Below are positions 42,940-52,498 of a DNA stretch of 64,000 nt, piece after piece; positions within the stretch are counted from its first letter, which is position 1; the number at the start of each line of letters is the position of its first letter. The position numbers and the translations under genes were made by a program. The DNA lies in NCBI GenBank assembly GCA_963782055.1, contig CAWAIF010000003.1:4640001-4704000 (forward strand), read 5' to 3'. The notes beneath the pieces were generated by a model, which was not told the origin of the DNA, searched no databases, and saw only the letters and a list, made by a program, of their open reading frames with translations. This DNA is from an uncultured delta proteobacterium. GTDB lineage: Bacteria > Myxococcota_A > Polyangia > Polyangiales > Polyangiaceae.

Positions 42940-43545
42940 TCACCGCGACCGCGCCGGAACCACCCGACAGTCCCGCTCCACCATCATCTCTGCGGCCCCG
43001 TCTCGCAGGTGGTCCCGCACCGTTTGCAGGTCCGCCGAATCCATCGGCGCCGCGTCGAGGATCGCGCCGGTCACCGTGTCCCGGACGGAGACGTGCATCG
43101 GCGGCATCCCCACCATCATGCTGGGCATCGCGGTGGGAGCCTGCGCGCCGGTGTTCATCCGGTCGGCCAGATCGCGGACGCGTCGCTGGAGATCGGGGAC
43201 GCTGGTGGTCGTGGTGAAGGTCACCGTCATGCCCATCGCGGTGTCGAGCGTGTGGATGATGGTGTCGGGGACCGCCATCGGGCAGAACGTCGCCTCGCCG
43301 GACGCGGCGTTGACGGTCCCGCCGGCGGGCGCGGGCGCGGCGTAGCTCTCGCCCCCGCCGATCGTGACGACGCGCGCCGGCGCGATGCTGCGCGCGGCGG
43401 CGCGGGCCGCGATCGCCGGGACGGACGGTGACGCGCGCACGGGCGCGGAGGTGACCGTGACGGGAGGAGCGGCCTCCTGCGCGCACCCGGAGAGAGAGAG
43501 GAGCGTCGCGACAGCGACGACGGCGGCGAGGGATTGACGGCTCAT
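42940..43545 (-). CDS. Hypothetical lipoprotein
   Basis: LSGC lipobox; CPMAVP motif; GGAG upstream of start. Confidence 0.65.
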   Translation of the reverse strand: MSRQSLAAVVAVATLLSLSGCAQEAAPPVTVTSAPVRASPSVPAIAARAAARSIAPARVVTIGGGESYAAPAPAGGTVNAASGEATFCPMAVPDTIIHTLDTAMGMTVTFTTTTSVPDLQRRVRDLADRMNTGAQAPTAMPSMMVGMPPMHVSVRDTVTGAILDAAPMDSADLQTVRDHLRDGAAEMMVERDCRVVPARSR

Positions 43546-43692
43546 CGGCATTCTCCACGGGGTCGCCCGGAGGCGCCCCACGCGGGACGCTGCACCACCT
43601 GTGCCTGTGCGCGCCTCATCCGGTCCGCGCGCGGCAGGAGGGGCCCCCCTGGCCCTGGTCTCCGTGCCCGAAAAGACGCACATTGTGCTGCC

Positions 43693-46600
43693 GTGCCCCG
43701 CGCCGTCAGAGATCCGCTCGAGCTCTTCGCCCCGCCGACGCGCGCCTGGTTTCGCGCCGCGCTCGGGGAGCCGACGGCGGTGCAGGCGCGCGGGTGGCCG
43801 CCCATCGCGCGCGGCGAGTCCGCGCTCCTGCTGGCGCCCACCGGATCCGGCAAGACGCTCGCCGCCTTCCTCTCCGCCATCGACCGGCTGGCCTTCGCCG
43901 AACCCGCAACCCCCGCGCCTCCCCGGCGCGGCCGTGGCAAGCGCACGCCCGCGTCGGCCGAGGGCGTGCGCGTCCTGTACGTCTCTCCCCTCAAGGCGCT
44001 CGCGGTGGACGTGGAGCGCAACCTGCGCGCCCCCCTCGCGGGCGTCATGCAGCAGGCCTCCCTCGCGGGAGTGAGCGCGCGCCCCATCACCGTCGGGCTG
44101 CGCACCGGCGACACGCCCCCGCGCGAGCGCGAGCGGATGCGCAAGCACCCGCCGGACGTGCTCATCACCACGCCGGAGTCCCTCTACCTGCTGCTCACCT
44201 CCGAGGCGCGGCACGGGCTCGCCTCGGTGCGCACGGTGATCGTCGACGAGATCCACCAGCTCGTCAGCACCAAGCGCGGCGCGCACCTGATGGTCTCGCT
44301 GGAGCGGCTGGAGGCGCTGCGGCCCGCGGGCGCGCCGGCGCTGCAGCGGGTCGGGCTCTCCGCGACGCAGCGGCCGCTGGAGGAGGTCGCCCGCATGCTG
44401 GGCGGCTACGACGACGACGGCGCGCCCCGGCCGGTGAGCATCGTGGACGCGGGGCGCAGCCGGCCGTTCGAGCTGTGCGTCTCCACGCCCGACGTGGACC
44501 TCGCCCGCCTGGGGGATCACGAGGACACGCCCGCGGGGGAAGCCGAGGACGCGATGACCCGCCGGTCCATCTGGCCGCACCTGCACCGCCGGGTGGTGGA
44601 GCTGATCCGCGCGCACCGCTCGACGATGGTGTTCGTCAACAGCCGGCGCCTCGCCGAGCGCCTCGCCTCCGCCGTCAACGATCTGGCGGGCGAGGAGATT
44701 GCCCTGGCCCACCACGGGTCGGTCGCGCGGGAGAAGCGCGCCTTCATCGAGGACCGCCTCAAGCGCGGGGATCTGCCCGCCATCGTCGCCACCTCCTCGC
44801 TGGAGCTGGGGATCGACATGGGGGCGGTAGATCTGGTGCTGCAGATCGAGGCGCCGCCCTCCATCGCCTCCGGGCTGCAGCGCATCGGCCGCGCCAGCCA
44901 CCAGGTGGGCGGCGTGCCGGAGGGCGTGCTCTTCCCCAAGCACCGCGGCGATCTGCTCGCGTGCGCCGCCGCCTCGGAGGGCATGCGCGAGGGCGCTGTG
45001 GAGGAGACGCGGGTGCTGGAGAACGCGCTGGACGTGCTCGCCCAGCAGGTGGTCGCGATGGTGGCGGTGGAGGACCGCGCGGTGCCGGTGGCCGAGGTCC
45101 TCGCGCAGGTGCGCCGCGCCGCGCCCTTCGCGCGGCTCCCGCGGTCCGCCTTCGAGGGCGTGCTGGACATGCTCGCGGGGCGCTACCCGTCCGACGCCTT
45201 CGCCGAGCTTCGGCCGCGCGTCACCTGGGACCGCCTCAAGGGCACGCTGCGCGCGCGCCCCGGCGCCAGGCGTCTCGCCATCACCAGCGGCGGCACCATC
45301 CCCGACCGCGGCCTGTACGGCGTCTTCCTCGCCACCGGGGACGAGGAGCGCGGCGGCAAGCGCGTGGGGGAGCTGGACGAGGAGATGGTCTTCGAGATGC
45401 GGGAGGGCGACGTCTTCCTGCTCGGGGCCTCGTCGTGGCGCGCCGACACCATCACCTCCGATCGCGTGCTGGTCACCCCCGCCGCCGGCGAGCCGGGCCG
45501 CATGCCCTTCTGGCACGGCGATCGCGCGGGGCGGTCGTTCGCCTTCGGGCGGCGCGTCGGCGGGGTGGCGCGCGCCATCGACGAGAAGAAGCCGGCGGAG
45601 GCGATGCGGTGGCTCGCCGAGCACCACCACCTGGACGCCAGCGCGGCGGAGAACCTGGTGCGCTACGTGGCCGACCAGCGCGCGGAGGGCGGCGCGGTGC
45701 CGACGGACAGGACCGTCGTCATCGAGCGCTTCGTCGACGAGGTGGGCGATCTGCGGGTGTGCATCCTGACGCCCTTCGGCATCCGGGTGCACGCGCCCTG
45801 GGCGATGGCGGTGCTGGGGAGGCTGCGCGCCGCGGCGCTCGGGGAGCCGGACGTGGTGTGGTCGGACGACGGCATCGCCTTTCGCATCACCGCGACGACG
45901 GACCCGCCGCGCGCCGACGTGTTCCTCCCGCGCGCGGAGGAGGTGGAGGAGCTGGTGAGCGCCGCGCTCGGCCAGTCCTCCCTCTTCGCCGCGCGCTTCC
46001 GCGAGGCGGCGGCGCGGGCGCTGCTGTTGCCGCGGCGCGCGCCGGGGCGTCGCTCCCCCTTGTGGGCGCAGCGCAAGCGCTCGGCGGACCTGCTCGCCGT
46101 CGCCTCCGGCTTCCCCTCCTTCCCCATCGTGCTGGAGGCCTACCGCGAGTGCCTGCGCGACGTCTTCGACCTGCCCGCGCTGCGCGACGTGCTCCGCCGC
46201 GTGGAGACGCGCTCCATCCGCGTCTCGCACGTGGAGTCCACCTCGCCCTCGCCCTTCTGCGCGTCGCTGCTCTTCTCCTTCGTCGCCAACTTCATCTACG
46301 ACGGCGACGCCCCGCTGGCGGAGCGGCGCGCCCACGCCCTCGCCATCGACCACGCGCAGCTCAAGGAGCTGCTGGGGGAGGCGGAGCTGCGGCAGCTCTT
46401 CGACGAGAAGCTCGTCGCCGCGGAGGAGCGCCTGCGCCTCCGCCTGGACGTGCGCGTGACGACGGAGGACGCCCTCGCCGATCTGCTGCGCGAGCTGGGG
46501 GACCTGACGCGCGACGAGCTGGCGCTCCGCTCGCCCGATCCCCGCGCGCTGGACGCCCTGCTCGCCGGGCTGGGGCGCGACCGGCGCGTCGCCCGCGTGC

Positions 46601-48279
46601 GCGTGGCGGGACAGGAGCGCTTCATCGCGGCGGAGGACGCCGCGCGCTACCGCGACGGCGTGGGTGCGGTGCCGCCACCCGGACTCCCGGGCGCCTTCCT
46701 GGAGCCTGTGGCGCGTCCGCTGGTGGAGCTCGCGGCGCGGTACGCGCGCACGCACGGGCCCTTCACCCCGGCGCAGGTCGCCGCGCGCCTGGGCGTCAGC
46801 GAGGACCGCGTCACGCGCGCGCTGGAGGCGCTGGTCGCCGACGGACGGGTGGTGCCGGGCGCCTTCCTGCCGCAGGGCACGGGCACCGAGTACTGCGGCA
46901 AGGACGTGCTCGCCTCGCTGCGGCGCAAGGCGCTCGCCGCGCTTCGCAAGGAGGTGGAGCCGGTGGACGGGCCGACCTTCGCGCGCTTCCTCGCGGCGTG
47001 GCAGGGCGCGGCGGAGCCGGCGCGCGGGGCGGACGCGCTCGCCACCGCCATCGCCCAGCTGGAGGGCGCGCCCCTCATGGCCTCCGCGCTGGAGACCGAC
47101 GTGCTCCCGGCGCGCGTCGCCGGCTACCGGCCGGGCGCGCTGGACGCGCTCGTCGCCTCCGGGCTGGTGGTGTGGGCCGGCGTCTCGCCCGTTGGCGCTG
47201 GGGATGGCCGCGTGGCGCTCTACCTCGCCGAGCACGAGGCCCTGCTCTCCCCTGCCCCGCGGGAGGCGGAGGGCGAGCTGCCCGCGCGCATCCGCGCGCT
47301 GCTCGGCGCTCGCGGCGCGCTCTTCTTCGGTGAGATCGCGCGGCAGCTCGGCGGCTACGGGCGAGAGATCGAGGAGGCGCTCTGGGACATGATCTGGTCG
47401 GGCGAGCTCACCAATGACACGCTGGAGCCGCTGCGCGCGCTGACCCGCGCCGCGCCGGATCGCCGCAACGCGCCGCGGGCCGCCATCCTCGGCGCGCTGC
47501 CTCGCGCGGCGGCGCTGGGAGGCACGCCGGGCATGGGCGGGCGCTTCTCCCTGCGCGCGGCGCGGTGGGACGCGATCCCCACCGACACGCAGCGGCGCGC
47601 GGCGGTGGCGCAGGCGCTGCTCGAGCGCCACGGCGTGGTGGTGCGCGACGCGGCCGACGGCCTCGCCGGAGGTTTCTCGGCGGTCTACGACGTCTACAAG
47701 GCGCTGGAGGGATTGGGGCGGGTGCGGCGCGCCTACTTCGTGCAGGGCCTGGGCGGCGCGCAGTTCGCGCTGCCGGAGGCGGCGGAGCGACTGCGGGCGA
47801 TGCGCACGTCGCCCGGCGCGCGCGGGGCCGCGCTGTGGCTGGCGGCGACGGATCCGGCGAACCCGTACGGCGCCCTGCTCCCCTGGCCCGCGCCGGCGGA
47901 GGACGCGCCGGCGAAGCCGCAGCGCGCGGCGGGCGCGCACGTCATCCTGCACGACGGCGCGCTGCGCGCGTGGGCGGCGCGGGGCGGCGAGAGCCTGCTC
48001 ACCTTCCTGCCGGAGGAGGAGCCCGCGCGCGGCCACGCGTGCGCGGCGGTGGCGCGCGCGCTGGCGAGCCGCGTCGACGCCGGCCGCCGCCGCGTGCTGC
48101 TGGTCGAGACCGTCGACCGACGGCCGGCCGCGGAGAGCCCGCTCGCGCCGTACCTCGCGCGCGAGGGCTTCGTCCTCGGGGCGCGCGGCTTCATGAAGCG
48201 CGGCCGCGCGGCGCTGGGGGACGATCCCGCGCGCGCCTTCCCCGTGCGCGGCACGCAGCGGAGCGAGCCGCTTGGCTGA
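43693..48279 (+). CDS. lhr: Lhr-family ATP-dependent helicase (long form)
   Basis: APTGSGKT, YVSPLKAL, TTPESL, DEIH, SAT, HHGS, LELGIDMG, QRIGRA; C-terminal ATDPANPYG. Confidence 0.93.
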   Translation: MPRAVRDPLELFAPPTRAWFRAALGEPTAVQARGWPPIARGESALLLAPTGSGKTLAAFLSAIDRLAFAEPATPAPPRRGRGKRTPASAEGVRVLYVSPLKALAVDVERNLRAPLAGVMQQASLAGVSARPITVGLRTGDTPPRERERMRKHPPDVLITTPESLYLLLTSEARHGLASVRTVIVDEIHQLVSTKRGAHLMVSLERLEALRPAGAPALQRVGLSATQRPLEEVARMLGGYDDDGAPRPVSIVDAGRSRPFELCVSTPDVDLARLGDHEDTPAGEAEDAMTRRSIWPHLHRRVVELIRAHRSTMVFVNSRRLAERLASAVNDLAGEEIALAHHGSVAREKRAFIEDRLKRGDLPAIVATSSLELGIDMGAVDLVLQIEAPPSIASGLQRIGRASHQVGGVPEGVLFPKHRGDLLACAAASEGMREGAVEETRVLENALDVLAQQVVAMVAVEDRAVPVAEVLAQVRRAAPFARLPRSAFEGVLDMLAGRYPSDAFAELRPRVTWDRLKGTLRARPGARRLAITSGGTIPDRGLYGVFLATGDEERGGKRVGELDEEMVFEMREGDVFLLGASSWRADTITSDRVLVTPAAGEPGRMPFWHGDRAGRSFAFGRRVGGVARAIDEKKPAEAMRWLAEHHHLDASAAENLVRYVADQRAEGGAVPTDRTVVIERFVDEVGDLRVCILTPFGIRVHAPWAMAVLGRLRAAALGEPDVVWSDDGIAFRITATTDPPRADVFLPRAEEVEELVSAALGQSSLFAARFREAAARALLLPRRAPGRRSPLWAQRKRSADLLAVASGFPSFPIVLEAYRECLRDVFDLPALRDVLRRVETRSIRVSHVESTSPSPFCASLLFSFVANFIYDGDAPLAERRAHALAIDHAQLKELLGEAELRQLFDEKLVAAEERLRLRLDVRVTTEDALADLLRELGDLTRDELALRSPDPRALDALLAGLGRDRRVARVRVAGQERFIAAEDAARYRDGVGAVPPPGLPGAFLEPVARPLVELAARYARTHGPFTPAQVAARLGVSEDRVTRALEALVADGRVVPGAFLPQGTGTEYCGKDVLASLRRKALAALRKEVEPVDGPTFARFLAAWQGAAEPARGADALATAIAQLEGAPLMASALETDVLPARVAGYRPGALDALVASGLVVWAGVSPVGAGDGRVALYLAEHEALLSPAPREAEGELPARIRALLGARGALFFGEIARQLGGYGREIEEALWDMIWSGELTNDTLEPLRALTRAAPDRRNAPRAAILGALPRAAALGGTPGMGGRFSLRAARWDAIPTDTQRRAAVAQALLERHGVVVRDAADGLAGGFSAVYDVYKALEGLGRVRRAYFVQGLGGAQFALPEAAERLRAMRTSPGARGAALWLAATDPANPYGALLPWPAPAEDAPAKPQRAAGAHVILHDGALRAWAARGGESLLTFLPEEEPARGHACAAVARALASRVDAGRRRVLLVETVDRRPAAESPLAPYLAREGFVLGARGFMKRGRAALGDDPARAFPVRGTQRSEPLG

Positions 48280-48823
48280 CGATCTGCTCGCCCGCTCGCG
48301 CGCCTTCGTGGCGGAGATGCAGCGCGAGTTTCCGTCCTTCCGCGTCCGCTACAAGCGCGACAGCCGCCTGCAGCGCGCCATCCACGTGACGCTGGCCGTC
48401 GTCACCTTCGGGGGGATGCGCACCTACGCGACCGAGTACCACACGGTGCTGTTCGGCACGCTCTGGGTGCCCGACTCGTGGGACCACATGCCCGATCTGG
48501 ACCGGGTGATCCTGCTCCGTCACGAGCGGGTGCACCTGCGGCAGCGGCGCCGCATGGGCGACGTGGTGATGGCGTTCGTCTACCTGGTCCCCTTCTTCCC
48601 GCTCTTGTTGGCGTACGGGCGCGCGCGTATCGAGTGGGAGGCCTACCAGGAGACGCTGCGCGCCACCGCCGAGCTGCGCGGGGTGGAGGCGGCGCGCGCC
48701 CTGCGCGGGGTGATCGTGGGGCGCTTCACCGGCCCCGACTACGGCTGGATGTGGCCGTTCCGCCGCACCGTGGAGCGCTGGTTCGACGAGACCATCGCGG
48801 ACATCGAGTCGACGCAGGCCTGA
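48272..48823 (+). CDS. HExxH-containing hypothetical protein (putative zincin)
   Basis: LLRHERVHLRQ followed by EWEAY; overlaps the lhr stop. Confidence 0.7.
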   Translation: MADDLLARSRAFVAEMQREFPSFRVRYKRDSRLQRAIHVTLAVVTFGGMRTYATEYHTVLFGTLWVPDSWDHMPDLDRVILLRHERVHLRQRRRMGDVVMAFVYLVPFFPLLLAYGRARIEWEAYQETLRATAELRGVEAARALRGVIVGRFTGPDYGWMWPFRRTVERWFDETIADIESTQA

Positions 48824-49013
48824 GCGCGATCGCCGCGCCGTCCCCGCTCGGAGGTGTGCCGCACCGAGGAACGGGAACGGCGCGGCTCATGCTCAGTGAT
48901 CGCGCGCTCCCCGCGCGTTACAGGAAGCGGTGGCGGCACAAAGCTGTAACGGGCGCGCGCCCGGCCGCCACCAGCCACATGAAGACCTGCGCACCTGACC
49001 GCAGGAGGCACGC

Positions 49014-49562
49014 ATGAAACGGCTTTCTTGGCTCATGACGATCGTCGCGATGTTCGGCTCGCTCAGCGCCGCGTGCAGCGGCGACTCCTTCGCGTCCACC
49101 GACGCCGCGACGCCACAAGACTCCGGGGCCTCCGACGCGACCGACGGCTCGTCGGTGGACGGCGGCGTGGCCGACGACGCGGGTCTGCCTCGTCTGGGCT
49201 GCGGCACCTCCACCTGCAAGCTGGGCGAGACGTGCTGCCTCTACACGAGCAGCGGCAGCGGCCCTCAGTACGAGTGCCACTTCAACTGTCCCGCCCCCCA
49301 GGGCGGCGCGCAGCTCTCCGAGCTGCGGTGCAACGGCGCCGCCGACTGCAACCTCGGCCAGGTCTGCTGCATCCACCGCAACGGCGGCATGAACCAGTCG
49401 TCCTGCTCGCTCACGCCCTGCACCGGCAACGACGTGCAGCTCTGCGATCCCTCCGCGCAGGACCCCGGGTGCCCGCCCAGCGCCTCCTGCTCCAGCAACA
49501 ACATCGCCGACTGGAACCTGCCGGACACCTTCGGCACGTGCGGCGGCCGACAGGTGCCCTAG
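49014..49562 (+). CDS. Cys-rich lipoprotein
   Basis: AGGAGG SD, SAAC lipobox, many Cys including CC pairs. Confidence 0.8.
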   Translation: MKRLSWLMTIVAMFGSLSAACSGDSFASTDAATPQDSGASDATDGSSVDGGVADDAGLPRLGCGTSTCKLGETCCLYTSSGSGPQYECHFNCPAPQGGAQLSELRCNGAADCNLGQVCCIHRNGGMNQSSCSLTPCTGNDVQLCDPSAQDPGCPPSASCSSNNIADWNLPDTFGTCGGRQVP

Positions 49563-49617
49563 GTCGACGGCAGGCTCGTCCCCCGCGCGGCGCGCGCCGG
49601 GGCTAGACTGCGCGGCC

Positions 49618-50739
49618 ATGACCGCCAGTCCCCTGCCCCCCGGCCGCCGCGTCGTCGTCTCCGAGCTGGGCGAGACCCCGCCCGAAGCCATCGAGCACCA
49701 CATGGCGCTGGTGGACCAGTCCGCCCCCGATCCGGGTGCGCTCGGCCCGCGCGACATCATCGTCGCGGTGAAGAGCGTCTCGGTCGGCTGGGTCGACCTG
49801 CTCATGACGAGCGGCCAGTACCAGCACCTGCCGAAGCCGCCCTACTGCCCGGGCCTGGAGTACGCGGGCGTCGTCGCACGGACCGGCGCGGAGGCGGGCG
49901 ATCTGCGCGAGGGCGACGAGGTGCTGGTGGACGGCTTCCTGGCCGGCCCACGCTCCCTCGGCGCGTACCAGGCGTGGGGCGGCTTCGCGAGCTACGCCGT
50001 CGCGCCCGCTGAGGCGGTGCGCCGCATCCCCGGCGGGCTCTCCTTCGACCAGGCGTGCAACCTGCTCGGCAACTACGAGACGGCGTTCCACGCCCTGGTC
50101 GCGCGCGGCAAGCTGCAGGCGGGCGAGACGGTGCTCGTCCACGGCGCCTCCGGCGCGACGGGCCTCGCCGCCGTCCACCTCGCCAAGATCCTGGGCGCCA
50201 CCGTCATCGCCACCGGGCGGTCCGAGGCCAAGCTGGCGGTGGTGAAGGAGCAGGGCGCCGACCACGTCGTCAGCGCGCGCGCGGCGGAGGGCGAGCCCGG
50301 CGTGCGCCGCTTCCGCGACGACGTCAAGGCGCTCACCGGCGGCCTGGGCGTGGACGTCGTCTACGACGGCGTCGGCGGGGACATCTCCCTGGAGAGCCTG
50401 CGCTGCGTGAAGTTCGGCGCGCGCTTCCTCATCGTGGGCTGGGCCTCCACGCCCTTCGTCGCGAAGGGCAAGGGCCAGCGCGGGGCGCCCAACGCCAACG
50501 TGCTGCCGACCAACCTCATCATGATGAAGGGGCTGGACGTGCTCGGCTGCCCGACCGTCATCTCCACCGTCATGAACCCCGCCATCCGCGCGCCCCGGCT
50601 GGAGCGGGTCTGGGGCTGGGCGGAGGCGGGCAAGATCCGTCCCTACGTCTCGCACACCTTCCCCCTCGCCGACTTCAAGGAGGCCATGCAGGCCAAATGG
50701 AAGGGCGAGGTCATCGGCGGCTGCGTCCTCCACCCCTGA
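49618..50739 (+). CDS. NADPH:quinone oxidoreductase (MDR family)
   Basis: PGLEYAG, VLVHGASGATG, GVDVVYDGVG. Confidence 0.9.
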   Translation: MTASPLPPGRRVVVSELGETPPEAIEHHMALVDQSAPDPGALGPRDIIVAVKSVSVGWVDLLMTSGQYQHLPKPPYCPGLEYAGVVARTGAEAGDLREGDEVLVDGFLAGPRSLGAYQAWGGFASYAVAPAEAVRRIPGGLSFDQACNLLGNYETAFHALVARGKLQAGETVLVHGASGATGLAAVHLAKILGATVIATGRSEAKLAVVKEQGADHVVSARAAEGEPGVRRFRDDVKALTGGLGVDVVYDGVGGDISLESLRCVKFGARFLIVGWASTPFVAKGKGQRGAPNANVLPTNLIMMKGLDVLGCPTVISTVMNPAIRAPRLERVWGWAEAGKIRPYVSHTFPLADFKEAMQAKWKGEVIGGCVLHP

Positions 50740-50796
50740 AGGCCGCTCTTCCCCCCCCGTCCCCCCTGTCCCCCCCTCCTGTCCCCGGACACCAAC

Positions 50797-50828
50797 CGTC
50801 GGAGTGCAAGGGTCCTTGCACTCCGACG
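50797..50828. promoter_or_regulatory. Perfect palindrome (15-bp arms), copy 2
   Basis: CGTCGGAGTGCAAGG-GT-CCTTGCACTCCGACG. Confidence 0.8.
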
Positions 50829-50858
50829 TTTCCGCGGGATTCCGTGGGGAGGGGGGGG

Positions 50859-50874
50859 TGGCATGGGGGGTGCT
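50859..50874 (+). promoter_or_regulatory. Sigma54-like -24/-12 element upstream of MarR copy 2
   Basis: TGGCATGGGGGGTGCT, GG-N10-GC, ending 12 nt before the ATG. Confidence 0.45.
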
Positions 50875-50886
50875 TGGGGGGCGGGG

Positions 50887-51483
50887 ATGGATCCTGTGTT
50901 CTTCACGATCAAGCGGGCCTATTACGCGACGCTCCGGCTCACGCGGCGGGCGCTCCGGGCGATGGGGCTGACGGCGGCACGGTTCGACGTGCTCGATGCG
51001 CTCTACCGGCTCGGGACGGGGTGCGCACACTTCCAGAGCGACCTGCGGCGCGGGCTCGGCGTGGCGCGGGCCACCATCAGCGAGATGATGCGGTCGCTCG
51101 AGACGATCGGGCTCGTCACCCGGCGGCGTGACGGGCGCGAGGTCATCGTCGCGCTCACGCCCGAGGGGCGTCGGCGCATCCGGCGGGCGTACTACGGGCT
51201 CGTGCTCGTGGGGCACGTGGGGCTCGCGCTGGACGGCGCGCTTGCGCCGGGCGAGCGGCGCTGGCCCGACCCGCGGCGGTGCGCCAGCGCGCGCAGACAC
51301 CTCGAGGCGCTCTGCATGCGCATCCGGCTCGGATTCGGCGACGAGGCGACGCTGGACCGGCGTGCGGAGTACGGGTTCTGGGTTTCACGGGACGATGACC
51401 GTGCCCGCCGCGCCGGCGCTCGGCGGAAGGAGCGCCAGCGCGAGCTCGATCGCGCGCACGCGCTCGGCGCGCCTCCGCCATGA
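50887..51483 (+). CDS. MarR-family winged-helix regulator, copy 2
   Basis: MDPVFFTIKRAYY...; differs from copy 1 mostly in the last ~20 aa. Confidence 0.85.
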   Translation: MDPVFFTIKRAYYATLRLTRRALRAMGLTAARFDVLDALYRLGTGCAHFQSDLRRGLGVARATISEMMRSLETIGLVTRRRDGREVIVALTPEGRRRIRRAYYGLVLVGHVGLALDGALAPGERRWPDPRRCASARRHLEALCMRIRLGFGDEATLDRRAEYGFWVSRDDDRARRAGARRKERQRELDRAHALGAPPP

Positions 51484-51676
51484 TCGCGTCCCCTCTGGAC
51501 CCACGCGGCATCTGCTGGCGCCGGGCGCTTCGCCCCCGCCGTGAGAACCCCGGAGCGCCGTCCCCGCGCGCGCGGGCCCTCCGCTGCGCATCGGGCTCAT
51601 CCGAAGGGCCGGATCCCGCTCGAAAATCGCGCCTTCTTCCGCGCCGGCCGGGTCCGTGCTAAAGACTCCGGCCCCT

Positions 51677-52450
51677 ATGTCGGTGTCTATCGCACTCGAG
51701 AACAAGGTCGCCATCGTCACCGGCGGCACGCGCGGCATCGGCGAGGCCATCGCGACCACGTTCGTCGAGCATGGGGCGAAGGTCGTGGTGGCCTCCCGCA
51801 AGGAAGACGCCGTCCGCGCCACCGCCGAGAAGCTGAACGCCCTGCGCCCGGGGAGCGCCGCAGGCATCACGGCCCACACCGGCAAGGAAGCGGACTGCAA
51901 GAACCTGGTCAAGAAGGCAGTCGAGACCTTCGGCAAGGTGGACGTGCTGGTGAACAACGCCGGCACCAACCCGCACTTCGGCCCGGTGCTGGACGTGGAC
52001 ATGGCCGCCTGGGACAAGACCTTCGAGGTCAACCTGAAGGGCTACTTCTGGCTCATCCGGGAGGTGGTCCACCACCTGCGCGGCCGCGACGCCGACCACG
52101 GGGCCATCGTGAACGTGGCGAGCATCGTCGCCCTGCGCGCCGCGCCGCTGCAGGGCGTCTACGGCATGACCAAGGCTGCGGTGATCGCCATGACCAAGAC
52201 CCTCGCCTACGAGCTGGGTTCCTCCAAGATCCGCGTCAACGCCATCGCCCCCGGGCTGGTGGACACGCGCCTCTCCGCCGCCATCGTCGGCAACGACGTC
52301 CTGCTCAACGAGCTCATGCGTCGCACGCCGCTGGGACGCTACGCCACCCCGGATGAGGTGGCGGGCACCGCCCTCTACCTCGCCAGCGACGCCGCCTCGT
52401 ACGTGACGGGGGAGGTCGTGGTCGTCGACGGCGGCATGACGGTCTCGTAA
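51677..52450 (+). CDS. Short-chain dehydrogenase/reductase
   Basis: TGGTRGIG, NNAG, YGMTK, RVNAIAPG. Confidence 0.93.
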   Translation: MSVSIALENKVAIVTGGTRGIGEAIATTFVEHGAKVVVASRKEDAVRATAEKLNALRPGSAAGITAHTGKEADCKNLVKKAVETFGKVDVLVNNAGTNPHFGPVLDVDMAAWDKTFEVNLKGYFWLIREVVHHLRGRDADHGAIVNVASIVALRAAPLQGVYGMTKAAVIAMTKTLAYELGSSKIRVNAIAPGLVDTRLSAAIVGNDVLLNELMRRTPLGRYATPDEVAGTALYLASDAASYVTGEVVVVDGGMTVS

Positions 52451-52498
52451 AATTCACATCTTCGAGCCGGGACGAGCAAGGGGCGTGAGAAGTACTCC

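Larger units (their letters stand above)
50755..51483 (+). repeat. MarR cassette dispersed repeat, copy 2
   Basis: Inverted near-identical copy of about 27128..27862. Confidence 0.9.

Noticed and set aside
42940..48036. Very long antisense/alternate ORFs (also 13498..17205, 16757..19963, 58369..61287)
   Set aside because: Shadow ORFs expected in high-GC DNA. Only the last ~200 codons of 42940..48036 look like a real lipoprotein.
48915..48950. Inverted GTTACA...TGTAAC pair upstream of a Cys-rich lipoprotein
   Set aside because: Could be a regulator site, but it is short, single-copy and lacks a convincing partner element.
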